Shown here: in pieces, positions 30,425 through 40,800 of the stretch
Layout of the letters: the number at the start of each line of letters is the position of its first letter
Position numbering within the stretch: position 1 is the first letter of the stretch
Assembly: GCA_963811865.1 (NCBI GenBank)
Contig: CAWESZ010000013.1
Coordinates: forward strand, 377,411 to 441,410
DNA length: 64,000 bases
Direction: 5' to 3'
From: an uncultured delta proteobacterium
Lineage (GTDB): Bacteria > Desulfobacterota > Binatia > Binatales > Binataceae
Made by a program: the position numbers and the translations under genes
Notes under the pieces: model-generated
Database searches by the model: none
Seen by the model: only the letters and a program-made list of their open reading frames with translations
Told to the model about the DNA's origin: nothing

Positions 30425-31303
30425 ATGCCCCTCGCATCGTCGCTGGTCGGCACCTGCTCGGAAGTGACCGTAGTCGAAGTCGAACCGCGCTGGTCGATGG
30501 CCTTCGCGGCCGCGTTGGACGACCCGCTCCCCGGTTACATGGACACGCGCGACACCGCGCGATTCCTTGCGCATCCACTTTTCCCGGTATGCTTCGAATG
30601 GCCGGTCCTCGTCGCGATGCGACGGCAAATGCTCGGCGGAAACCTTCGTCCCGAGGAGGCGATGCGCGGGGTTCACGCCACGCATGACTTGCTGCTGCAT
30701 CGGCCGATTCGTCCTCCGCAACGCCTCGCGACGCGCGGCCAGATTGTCGCGATGGAACAGCGCAGATCGGGCGCATACGAGGTAATCCGCCTGGACACTA
30801 CCGATGATAGCGGCGCGACGGTTTGCTCTTCATGGTACGGGTCGCTTTACCGTGGCGTTCAAATCGACGGTCCCGACCGAGCGCTCGAGAATCGTCCGGC
30901 GGCTCCTGAATCGGCCAGTCCTGCTCCCGGTCCACGCTCTACGAAAGTAGTGCATCTCCGCGCGGGCCTGTCGCACATCTATACGGAATGCGCGCGGATC
31001 TTTAACCCGATTCACACCGACCCCAAGGTTGCAGAAGCTGCCGGGTTGCCCGGTCTCATCCTCCACGGCACCGCGACGCTTGCGCTGGCGGTCTCTCACG
31101 TTGTCGCCACGGAAGCGAACGGCGATCCCCTCCGTGTCGCCTCGATTTCAGGAAGCTTCAGAGCGATGGTCGCAATGCCTTCGGACCTGACGATCCGCAT
31201 TCTGTCGCACCAGAGGTCTGACGGCGTCGACGACGTCCATTTCGAAGTGCTCAACGACCAGGGCGGAGCCGCGGTCTCCAAAGGCGTGATCGGGCTTCGA
31301 TGA
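30425..31303 (+). CDS. MaoC-like (double hot-dog) dehydratase
   Basis: 292-aa ORF. IFNPIHTDPKVAEAAGLPGLILHGT hydratase motif in the C-terminal half. Confidence 0.75.
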   Translation: MPLASSLVGTCSEVTVVEVEPRWSMAFAAALDDPLPGYMDTRDTARFLAHPLFPVCFEWPVLVAMRRQMLGGNLRPEEAMRGVHATHDLLLHRPIRPPQRLATRGQIVAMEQRRSGAYEVIRLDTTDDSGATVCSSWYGSLYRGVQIDGPDRALENRPAAPESASPAPGPRSTKVVHLRAGLSHIYTECARIFNPIHTDPKVAEAAGLPGLILHGTATLALAVSHVVATEANGDPLRVASISGSFRAMVAMPSDLTIRILSHQRSDGVDDVHFEVLNDQGGAAVSKGVIGLR

Positions 31304-31348
31304 GCGCAGCCGTCTCGGGCAAAACCGCGCCGATGCTACAGTGGCGGG

Positions 31349-32226
31349 GTGAGGCTGCACCTCGTCGACGGAACTTATGAGCTTTATCGGGCGCACTACG
31401 CGCCGCGCCCCGGCCACCTGGCGCCCTCGGGTCGCGACGCAAAGGCCACCGTCGGAGTGGTCGAGTCGCTGTTGTCGTTGCTTCACACCGCGGACGAAGC
31501 CGTCACCCATCTGGCGGTGGCGTTCGACAACCCGATCCGGTCCTTCCGCAACGATCTGTTCCCGCCCTACAAGAGCGATGAGGGCGTGCCGCCCGAGTTA
31601 CGTGCGCAGTTCGATGCGGTCGAGGAGGCCGTGCGCTCGATCGGCGTGGTGGTCTGGTCGATGCGCGAGTACGAAGCCGACGACGGCCTCGCCAGCGGGG
31701 CGCGCCAGTTTCGCGATCAGGTCGAGCAGGTGCGGATTCTCACGCCGGACAAGGATCTCGGCCAGTGTCTGCAAGGCGATCGGGTGGTCCAGGTCGACCG
31801 GCGTCAGCGAAACGTCGTAAACGAAAACGCGTTTCGCGCCAAGCGGGGCTTTGGGCCCCGTAGCATGCCCGATTTCCTGGCGCTCACGGGCGACACGGCC
31901 GACGGCATCCCGGGCCTGGCGGGCTTCGGCAAGAAGAGCGCGTCGATGCTGATCGGCGCCTACGAGCAGCTCGAGCGGATTCCCGCGGACCCGTTCCAGT
32001 GGAAGGTCAAGCCGCGCGGAGCGTTGCAGCTCGCGGCCACACTGGTCGAGCAGCGCGACGACGCACTCTTCTACCGGAAGCTGGCAACGCTGGTCGACAC
32101 CATTGCGCTCGAGTGCTCGCTCGAGGATCTGAGATTCGGCGGCGTGCCTCGCGCGCGCTTCGAGCGCTGGTGCGACGAGCTCTCGGCGTCGCCCGACTCA
32201 AGACCGTGCCCCGACAGTGGCAATAG
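31349..32226 (+). CDS. 5'-3' exonuclease (FEN/PIN-like plus H3TH), probable C-terminal frameshift near 32185
   Basis: GTG start. LVDGTYELYRAHYA, EYEADDGLAS, TGDTADGIPGLAGFG. A natural-looking end ...WCDELGVARLKTVPRQWQ* appears in the ORF 31999..32226 frame. Confidence 0.8.
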
Positions 32227-32700
32227 TCAGCCGCTTCGAGCTGCGTCCTGGTTGGCCCAGCCCGTTTCATACGGCGCCGACATTCGGCCGATCGCCTGCA
32301 AGTGCTTGATCTTCCACTCGCCGTTGATCTTGACGTACTGCTCTTCGTAACGCGCGGCCAGCCACATCGCGCGATTCCCTTTGCGAAAGGTGAAGGGCCC
32401 GAGAAAATACCAGGTGCCTTTGGCACGATCGCCCGCGACCTCGATAATCGGATTCATCACGTTGTGCTGCGAGAAGCTGATCCGCTCCTGGAAGCTCTGG
32501 AACAACGCGCGAATTGCCGCGTGCCCCTGATGGACCCCGATACCCTCGCTTTCCCACACCGCGTCGTCCGTGAACAACTGCGTGATTCGGTCGGGATCGT
32601 GATTGTCGTCGCAGACTGCACAGTAGCGCGCTTTCAGTTGCTTGATCGCCTCGATGTCTTCGACGATCGTGATCCGCCTTTCGAGTTCTTCTATCGTCAT
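32227..32700 (-). CDS. SnoaL-like / NTF2-fold protein
   Basis: 157-aa ORF. DIEAIKQLKARYCAVCDDNHDPDRITQLFTDDAVWE pattern. Confidence 0.7.
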   Translation of the reverse strand: MTIEELERRITIVEDIEAIKQLKARYCAVCDDNHDPDRITQLFTDDAVWESEGIGVHQGHAAIRALFQSFQERISFSQHNVMNPIIEVAGDRAKGTWYFLGPFTFRKGNRAMWLAARYEEQYVKINGEWKIKHLQAIGRMSAPYETGWANQDAARSG

Positions 32701-32793
32701 GGCCAGGTCCTCTGTTTTGGAGTTGCGGAGAACCGATCATCGTGGCGAGTCTGGTTGCATTGCAAGCCTTGTATGGCGGCGGTGAACTGAGCG

Positions 32794-33577
32794 ATGCCGG
32801 CCTTCGGACGTTACGTCGGCATCGACTATTCGGGGGCTAAGACGCCGACCTCGAGCCTCAAGGGCCTGCGGGTGTATGCGGCGGACTGGAGGTCTCCGCC
32901 GGTCGAGGTTCCACCTCCGCCGAGCCCGCGCAAATACTGGACGCGCCGGGGCATCGCCGAATGGCTGGCTGACGTGCTCGCCGAAGATCGGCCGGCGCTG
33001 ATCGGCATCGACCACGGGTTTTCATTTCCGCTGGCGTATTTCGAGCAGCATCGCCTTCCCCACGACTGGCCGGCATTCCTCGACGATTTTCAGCGCCATT
33101 GGCCGACCGACGAGGACCATATCTATGTCGACTTTGTACGCGAGGGCGCTTGCGGCAATGGCGCCGACCGCCTCGGCAATTCTCGCTGGCGGCGGATTAC
33201 GGAATTGCGGACCAGAACTGCCAAGTCCGTTTTCCATTTCGATGTCCAAGGCTCCGTGGCGAAGTCCACTCATGCCGGACTGCCCTGGTTGCGCTATCTC
33301 CGCCGGCGTTCGGCCGGACGCGTGCACTTCTGGCCGTTCGACGGTTGGATGGTGCCGGCGGGGCGCTCAGTCGTGGCCGAGGTTTATCCGTCGCTCTGGA
33401 GCCGGCGTATTCCGCGCCAGCGACGCAGCCCGGACCAACACGACGCCTACTGCGGTAGCTGAATGGCTACGCCGCGCCGACCTCGACGGCACGCTGGCAA
33501 AGTTCTTCGCGCCCGAAATGTCACCGGCCGAGCGGGAAGCGGCCACGATCGAGGGATGGATTCTCGGCGTCGCGTAA
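32794..33577 (+). CDS. hypothetical RNase-H-fold-like protein (DUF429-like), apparent frameshift near 33450
   Basis: YVGIDYSGAK...LIGIDHGFSFP...DQHDAY then AVAEWLRRADLDG... in the ORF 33125..33577 frame. Family assignment is tentative. Confidence 0.45.
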
Positions 33578-33601
33578 GCTTAGCGGACCAACTTGTGCGG
33601 G

Positions 33602-36118
33602 CTAACGTCTGGCGTCAGGTTCCGCGTCGGGGATGGAGACGCGAGTCGTGGCGCTCCCGGTTACTTCGGTGAGAGCTTCGTGCAGGGTCGCCTTTTTGAC
33701 CGGCTTCGCGACGTGCATCCGGAAGCCCGCGGCGAGTGCCCGTTGTGCATCTTCCCTGAACGCTGACGCGGTGAGCGCGATCACCGGGGTCTCGCGAATC
33801 TTCTGCTCGCGCTCCCACTCGCGAATCTCGCGCAGCGCCGCGTAACCGTCCATCACGGGCATATTGATATCCATCAGCACGGCGTCATAGCCGCCGGCCC
33901 GGAACTTAGCCACTGCGACTTCGCCGTTCTCGGCGGTGTCGAGATGGAAGCGCGTATTTCTGAGGAACAACTCGATCAGCATCGTGTTGTCGCGTGAGTC
34001 TTCGGCAAGCAAGACGCGGATCGTGCGCGCGTCGCCCACGGACACCGCCGCCATTGGGCGTGCGGGATGCGGCGCAGCCGTCTGGCGGCGAGCGTGAGCC
34101 GCGCCCAGCGCCAGCTTCACCGCGCCGAGCAGCTCGGCGCGCTTGATCGGTTTGACCAGGTAGGCGTCGAGCCCGACCTGATGCGCGCGCGACAACTGGA
34201 TCTTCAGGTCGTCCGAAGTCAGCATCACGACCACCATGTGATGGGCCAGACCCTTGGCGCGCAGCATGCCCATCAGCTCGATGCCGTCGATGGCCGGCAT
34301 CCGGTAATCGAGCACCAGCAAGGCATACGGCCGGCCGTTAAGCGAAGCGTGCTCGATCTCGGCCAAGGCGTTTAGCGCGGTGTCAGCCTCGCTGACCTCG
34401 GCGCCGTTCGCGGAGAGCATCTCGCGGACTATCAGCCGGTTGATCGGAGTATCGTCGACCACCAGGGTTCGCACGCCGTGCAGATCGACGTCCGCAACCG
34501 GGCGGCCGGTCTTGACGCCGTCGCCCCGGCGCGGCTCGAAGCGGGTGGTGAAATGGAAGGTGCTGCCTTGGCCCAGCTCGCTCTCGACCCAGATCCGCCC
34601 GTCCATCATCGCCACCAGGCGCTTGGCGATCGCGAGCCCGAGACCGCTGCCGCCGTACTGCCTGGTGGTCGAAGCGTCGGCCTGGGTGAAATCGGAGAAA
34701 ATCGATTCGGCCAACTCGGGCCGGATTCCGATGCCCGTATCGGCAACCGAAAAGTGCAGGAAGCGCCGGCCGGAGTCGCCCGGCTCGAGACCGACGCTGG
34801 CAGTGACCGACCCACGCTCGGTGAATTTGACGGCGTTGCCGACCAGATTGATCAGGATTTGGCGGATGCGCAGCGGATCGCCGATCAACTCGACCGGCGC
34901 CTCCGGTAAAACGCGAATCGCCAATTCCAGGCCTTTTTCGTGCGCGCGCACGGCCAGTGCTTCGCCGACCTGATTCATCAGATCGCCGAGATCGAAGCCG
35001 ACCTCTTCAAGGGTCAGGCGCCCGCTCTCGACCTTGGCGAGATCGAGTACGTCATTGATCAGTTGCAGCAACGAGTTGCCGTTGTTGGTCATCACGTCGA
35101 GGAACTTGCGCTGCTCCTCGTCGAGTTCGCTCTCGCCGAGCAGATCGGCCATCCCGAGGATCGCCGTCATCGGGGTGCGAATCTCGTGCGACATGCTGGA
35201 CAGAAATTCCGACTTGGCGCGCGACGCGGCCAGCGCGGCCTCGCGCGCGGCGATTAGCTGCCGCGAGGTGCGCTCGAGCTCCGCGAACGCGGCTTCCCGC
35301 CGCGCCGCCTCGTCGTGCAACCGGATCACGGCGGAAGATATTTCGCGCCGCCGCCGGTTGTTGAGTACGACGCAGACCTGCGCGATACCGCCCGCGATCA
35401 GCAGCACGACCCAGCGTGTAGATCCGTGAGTGTCTCCAGCCCGGGGCAATCCCGCCAGCAGGGCGTATGAAATGATGGAGCCGCCGAACAACGCGCCCTG
35501 CCAGGCCATCTCCCACGGGACCAGAGCGCCCGCCCCGGTCATCAGCAGAACGATCTCGTAGCACAGCAGATCGAAGTTATGGTCGCCGGCCGCGATCCAG
35601 ACGCTCGCGATCACCCAGGTGCAGACCAGGACAAACGCGAACGGACGCCAGTTGCGGCGAAACATGGCGGTGAACGTGAGCAGAAATCCCAACGCCGCGG
35701 TGACGATACTGAAGATATGGACCGGGTATCCCTCCCGAGTGAGATTTCCCGACAAGCTCGAAGCCATCACCAGGACATTGAACAGGGCCACGAAAAGCGT
35801 ACCGGCCCGGAACAGGCGACCGGCGCTAACGGCCGAATCGACGAGCGATTCTTTCGTTTCCCTGTGTGCGGGAGTCAGCGCGACGGCCTCGCCGGGGCGT
35901 GGATCGCGCATTCGCCGGGGGCGCGCGAACTGATCGGTCTCGCTCGATGCAATCGGTTCAAACGTAGCCATCGTGCTTTTCCGGGGTTCCCCCCCCAACC
36001 AGGCTGGAATACCTCCTTCGCAAGGCGCGTGCCTCGACGCGAGGCGCGCCAAGCTACGTTGTGCCATCTTCTGGCGGGACTGCCGGTCGCACTCGTGCAA
36101 CACCGGGCGCATCGCCAC
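33602..36118 (-). CDS. membrane-bound hybrid sensor histidine kinase with two receiver domains
   Basis: 838-aa ORF with a polytopic N-terminus, H-box SHEIRTPM, N/G boxes (NLVGNAVKFT, DTGIGI, GGSGLGLAI), and two REC domains (LVVDDTPINR; VLLAEDSRDN). The true start is uncertain. Confidence 0.9.
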   Translation of the reverse strand: MAMRPVLHECDRQSRQKMAQRSLARLASRHAPCEGGIPAWLGGEPRKSTMATFEPIASSETDQFARPRRMRDPRPGEAVALTPAHRETKESLVDSAVSAGRLFRAGTLFVALFNVLVMASSLSGNLTREGYPVHIFSIVTAALGFLLTFTAMFRRNWRPFAFVLVCTWVIASVWIAAGDHNFDLLCYEIVLLMTGAGALVPWEMAWQGALFGGSIISYALLAGLPRAGDTHGSTRWVVLLIAGGIAQVCVVLNNRRRREISSAVIRLHDEAARREAAFAELERTSRQLIAAREAALAASRAKSEFLSSMSHEIRTPMTAILGMADLLGESELDEEQRKFLDVMTNNGNSLLQLINDVLDLAKVESGRLTLEEVGFDLGDLMNQVGEALAVRAHEKGLELAIRVLPEAPVELIGDPLRIRQILINLVGNAVKFTERGSVTASVGLEPGDSGRRFLHFSVADTGIGIRPELAESIFSDFTQADASTTRQYGGSGLGLAIAKRLVAMMDGRIWVESELGQGSTFHFTTRFEPRRGDGVKTGRPVADVDLHGVRTLVVDDTPINRLIVREMLSANGAEVSEADTALNALAEIEHASLNGRPYALLVLDYRMPAIDGIELMGMLRAKGLAHHMVVVMLTSDDLKIQLSRAHQVGLDAYLVKPIKRAELLGAVKLALGAAHARRQTAAPHPARPMAAVSVGDARTIRVLLAEDSRDNTMLIELFLRNTRFHLDTAENGEVAVAKFRAGGYDAVLMDINMPVMDGYAALREIREWEREQKIRETPVIALTASAFREDAQRALAAGFRMHVAKPVKKATLHEALTEVTGSATTRVSIPDAEPDARR

Positions 36119-36194
36119 TACGCAGCGCGGGACGCGCGGCCGGCGCGGGTACAGGCACGCTACAACAAAGTGTGGGGCAGGGGACCGAGGCTGC

Positions 36195-36229
36195 TGTCGT
36201 TGCCGAAAATTAGATCCCGAACGTATTGA
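36195..36229. repeat. conserved intergenic motif copy A: TGTCGTTGCCGAAAATTAGATCCCGAACGTATTGA
   Basis: Lies between the CoA-transferase stop (36243) and the kinase start (36118). Near-identical to 37473..37505. Confidence 0.8.
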
Positions 36230-36242
36230 AGGGGCCGGGGGT

Positions 36243-37457
36243 TTAGAGAATCGCGCCCGCCTCGCGCATCGCGGCGATCTCGTCCCACGAGTAGCCGAGC
36301 TCGAGCATCACTTCCTCGGTATGCTGTCCCAGTTCAGGCGCGGGACTCGCCACCTGCGGAATCTCGCCGTTGATCGTCACCGGCGTTCCCGCCACCAGGA
36401 CGCGTCCGGCAGTCGGATGATCCAGTTCCAGGAGATAGCCGTTGACGCGGGCCTGCTCGCTTTTCAGCATCGAGCGGTAATCGACGACCTCGGTGGCGAG
36501 AATGTCGGCCTCGTTGAGTTCCTTGAGCCATTCCTGGCTGGTCTTTTTGGGAAAGATTTCGTCGAGCACGGCCATCAGCTCTTCGCCGTGGGCATGCCGC
36601 TTGGCGACCTCGAAAGCGGGATCGTTTTCGCGATCCTCGATACCTAGGATGCGACAGAACGCATGCCATCGCTTGGCGTCCACGCCCGCCAGGCAGATAT
36701 GCCCGTCGCGAGTCCGGAATGCGCCCCAAATGCCGTGCAGGAGCGGATTGGCTCCGCGGCCGGTGCGCTCGGGTTCCACGCCGGTGAACGAGGTGTAGTT
36801 AATCTCGGTGGCCTGGATAGCGATCATGGTGCCGTAGATCGAGGTGTCGACGCGCTGGCCCTCGCCGGTGCGCTCGCGCGCGACCAGCGCGGCAAGGATT
36901 CCGCCCGCGAAACATAGTGCTCCGGAGTTGTCGGCAACCAAGGTGCCGGCGATCAGCGGCGGGTCGGAGGGCATCCCGGTCTTCGCCATCAGGCCGCCCG
37001 ATGCTTGCGCGAGCGGGTCGCGGCTCGGTCGTTTGGCCCACGGACCGGCGGGTCCCCACGAGCTGGTCTGCGCGTAAACCAGCCGCGGATTTATCTTGCG
37101 CATCGCATCCCACCCAAGGCCCAGCCGATCGAGCACCCCCGGGCGATAGTTGGTCATCAGCACGTCGTAACTCTGCGCCATCCTGCTGACCAACTCGATA
37201 GCCCGGGGATTCTTCAAGTCCGCGGCGATGCTGCGCTTGCCGCGATTGGCCGCGACAAACATCGGCGGCACCATCGCGTTCTTCACGCTGGGTCCTGCGA
37301 TCGTGATCGGGAGCAGCCAACGGCTGGTATCACCGGTCGTTTTGTTTTCGACTTTGACGACTTCGGCGCCCAAGTCGGCGAGGAAAAGCCCCGCGAACGG
37401 GCCTGCGAGTTCCTGTCCGATCTCGATTACCTTGATTCCTGCAAGCGGCTTGCTCAT
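36243..37457 (-). CDS. family III CoA-transferase (CaiB/BaiF type)
   Basis: ATG 37457 after AAGGGA. MSKPLAGIKVIEIGQELAGPFAGLFLADLGAEVVKVE is a typical N-terminus. Confidence 0.88.
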   Translation of the reverse strand: MSKPLAGIKVIEIGQELAGPFAGLFLADLGAEVVKVENKTTGDTSRWLLPITIAGPSVKNAMVPPMFVAANRGKRSIAADLKNPRAIELVSRMAQSYDVLMTNYRPGVLDRLGLGWDAMRKINPRLVYAQTSSWGPAGPWAKRPSRDPLAQASGGLMAKTGMPSDPPLIAGTLVADNSGALCFAGGILAALVARERTGEGQRVDTSIYGTMIAIQATEINYTSFTGVEPERTGRGANPLLHGIWGAFRTRDGHICLAGVDAKRWHAFCRILGIEDRENDPAFEVAKRHAHGEELMAVLDEIFPKKTSQEWLKELNEADILATEVVDYRSMLKSEQARVNGYLLELDHPTAGRVLVAGTPVTINGEIPQVASPAPELGQHTEEVMLELGYSWDEIAAMREAGAIL

Positions 37458-37472
37458 CGCGTCCCTTGGCCT

Positions 37473-37505
37473 TGTCGTTATGAAAATTAGACCCGAACTT
37501 GTTGA
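37473..37505. repeat. conserved intergenic motif copy B: TGTCGTTATGAAAATTAGACCCGAACTTGTTGA
   Basis: Lies 16-48 nt upstream of the CoA-transferase ATG. A third, core-only copy (CTCGTTACCGAAGATTAGAC) is at 54001..54020. Confidence 0.8.
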
Positions 37506-37851
37506 TGATGCGGTTCTCCGACCAGCGGCACAGCGGTGGTTTGCCCAACGCGGGCGCACAGCCGTTGCCGCCGCGTGACGAGTATAGGAACTGCATCACG
37601 CCGCCTCAACCACGCGCGCCGGCCACGCGCCTGGCGAGCCGGACGTTGGCCGGCACAGTCGCATCTGCGCCACAATGCTTCAATGCTCCTGCGCGCTGCG
37701 CCGCACCTTCGCCGGAATGTCGCTAAAATCGACAATTTGGCTATTTGATACATTGCTCAGCCCGCCGGTCCCTCGGGCATGGCGATTGCTTTGATCCATT
37801 CGGGGTTCTTCGCCTCCACGAGCCGTCAGCGACCGGACCCGGCGAGACCAA

Positions 37852-40800
37852 TTGGACCAGCCACGCGAATCGACCGAGTTGCCTTCTCCCGCTCCGGCCC
37901 CGCAGCAGGCGGAGCCCGCGCGATCGCCGGGGAATGCGGGCGCGGACCCCAGTCGCCTGAATCGCAGCGATGCGGTAACGGATCCTTTTGTCGCCGGCGA
38001 TCCGGCACGCGTCGCGATTCGCATTGCTCGGGTCGGCGGCGTGCTGATTCTGATCTTCAACGTCGCAGCGGCGGTCTACGACTTGCGCGCGCCGGGACCG
38101 CGATCGTGGGGGGCTTTGCGCGTCGATCTGCTCAACGCGACGCTGGGGATGACGCTCTTCGCGTTGAGTTTCACGCACTCGTTTCTCAGGTACTGGCGGC
38201 CGCTGGTGCTGGCGGTGTGCGGCGTGCTGCTGTCCGGCAACCAGCTCGGCGTTCATACGGTTAGCTTCGAGGGCTCATTCGTCGGCACGCTGCTCACCAT
38301 GTTCGGCGCCGCGGTGCTCGCTCCGTGGTCGCCAATCTGGCAAGCCGCGCTCGGTGCGGCGGGCCTGCTGACCTTCGGCCTGACCTTGTGGCAGCATCCC
38401 GGCGCGGACCCGGATGTATGGCTGCACTGCCTGGGGCTCGTGATGGGGTTCGCGGGGGCGCAGGCGGGAGTAATTCTTCAGGGCCGATTGCGCGCTGCGC
38501 TGTCGCGCAACCTGGGGGCGCTGGAAGCCAGCCGCGACCACCTGCACGCGGCGATGGGTCTGCAAGAGGCTACCTACCGCAAGCTGGCCCAGAGCGAATC
38601 GACCCTGCGCAAAGTCTTCGAGGCGTCGCCCGACCTGCTCGCGATCAGCCGCCTGTCGGATGGCCGCTTCATGGAAGTCAACGAGAGTTTTTTGCGCGCC
38701 GGCTTCACCCGCGGGCAACTCGCTTCACAGCCCATCGGCGCCATTGCGCCCTTCAGCCGCGACAGCCTCAGGGCGGTCGAAAAGGCGCTGCGCCGCGACG
38801 GCTTCGTGCGGGACGTTGAGACGCGCGTCGCGCAGCCCGGCGGCGAAAGAATCTGGCTGGTGTCGGCTTCGCTCGCCGAAATCGACGGCGAAACCTGTAT
38901 CGTTTCGAGCTCGCGCGACATCACCGTCCTGAAACTCGCTGAACAGGAGTTGCTGGGCGCGCGCGAAGACCTCAAAGCCCGGGTGAAAGCCCTGGCTGAG
39001 AGCGAGACGAAATTCCGCCGCGTGTTCGACAGTTGCCTCGACGCGATTTCCATCAGCCGCCTTTCCGATCGTACCTACCGCGACGTGAACCAGGCCTTTC
39101 TCAATTACGGCTACGCGCGCGAGACCCTGCTGGCGCGGCCTGAATACGAGCTCGAATTGTGGCCGAATCGCGCGCAATACGACGATTTCATCGCGACCCT
39201 CGCGCGTGACGGGCAGGTGAACAGCATGGCGATCGACCGGCGCAAGCGCGGCGGCGCGATCGTGCCCACGCTGCTCTCCGCGGTCGTGGTCGAGATCGAG
39301 GGCGAGCGCTGCGCGGTGGCAGTCGAGCGCGACATCTCCAAACTCAAGGCCGCCGAAGACCAGTTGCGCTACAACCAGGCGGTGCTGCGCAAGACTTTCG
39401 ATTCGGTGCTCGATCCGCTGTCGGTCAACGATTTCCCCGACGGCCGTTACCTCTACGTCAACGACGAGTTTCTGCGCGCCATCGGCTACGCCCGCGAGCA
39501 GGTGATCGGCAAGACCTTCCACGACCTCGGCATCTTTCTGGAAGCCGATCAGGAACACCAGTTCCTCGACCAGCTTCGCACGCGCGGCGAGCTGCGCAAT
39601 ATGGAGGCCACCTTCCGCACCAAGGCCGGCGCGGCCATCCCGGTACTGCTCTCTTCCTCGGTGCTGGACCTCGGCGGCGAACGCCGCATCCTGTCGATCG
39701 CGCGCGACATCACGGCGCTCAAGCAGGCCCAGCGCGAGCTCGAGCACGCCCGCGAGGCCGCGCTCGAAGCCTCGCGCAGCAAGTCGGCGTTTCTCTCCAG
39801 CATGTCGCATGAGATCCGCACCCCGATGAACACGGTGCTCGGGATGGCGGACATGCTGTCCGAAACCAGCCTTGATGCCGACCAGCACCGCTACCTCGAC
39901 CGGATCGTGTCCAACGGCAACGCGCTGCTCGAACTGATCAACGGAATTCTGGACCTGGCCAGGGTCGAGAGCGGACGCCTGAGCCTCGAGTCGGTGGCGT
40001 TTGACGTGGTCGACCTGACCGGCAAAGTCGCCGACACGCTCGCCGCGCGCGCGCACGGCAAGGGGCTCGAGCTGATGGTGCGCTTCGCACCGGATTTGCC
40101 CCGCGCGCTGATCGGCGACCCGCTGCGCCTGCAACAGGTGCTCACCAATCTGATCGGCAACGCGATCAAGTTCACCGAGCAGGGCGAGGTCCTGGTCAGC
40201 GTGGCCCGCGATCCTTCCGACTCAGCCGCCGGCGCGATCCTCTTTGCGATCGCCGACTCCGGAATCGGCATTACCGGCGACCAGCTCGGCGGGATCTTCG
40301 CCGCATTTACCCAGGCTGATTCCTCCACCACCCGCAAGTACGGCGGCAGCGGCCTCGGACTCTCGATCGTTGAGCGGCTGGTCACCTTGATGGGCGGGCG
40401 AGTGTGGGCCGAAAGCGAGCCCGGCAAGGGCAGCACGTTCCGCTTCACCGCGCGCTTCAACACCGCCGACCTGAGCCAGGCAACGACCGCGCCGGTGGCA
40501 AATGAGATCGCGGGCCGGCGCGTGCTCGTCGTGGACGACAATGCGACCAACCGCACCATCGTGCGTGAGATGCTCGCGCAGACCGGTGCGGTCGTGACCG
40601 AAGCTGACTCAGGACGCGCCGGGCTTGAAGCGATCGAGCATGCGCACCAGACTGGCGCGCCCTTCGACCTGATCCTGGCCGACGACCATATGCCATCAAT
40701 GGATGGGATCGAGATGGTCAAACGCGCGCTCCTGGATTCCCCAGCCAGCCGCGTGATCGTGATCCTGACGGCGGATGAGCTCAACTCGGCCCTGGCCAGA

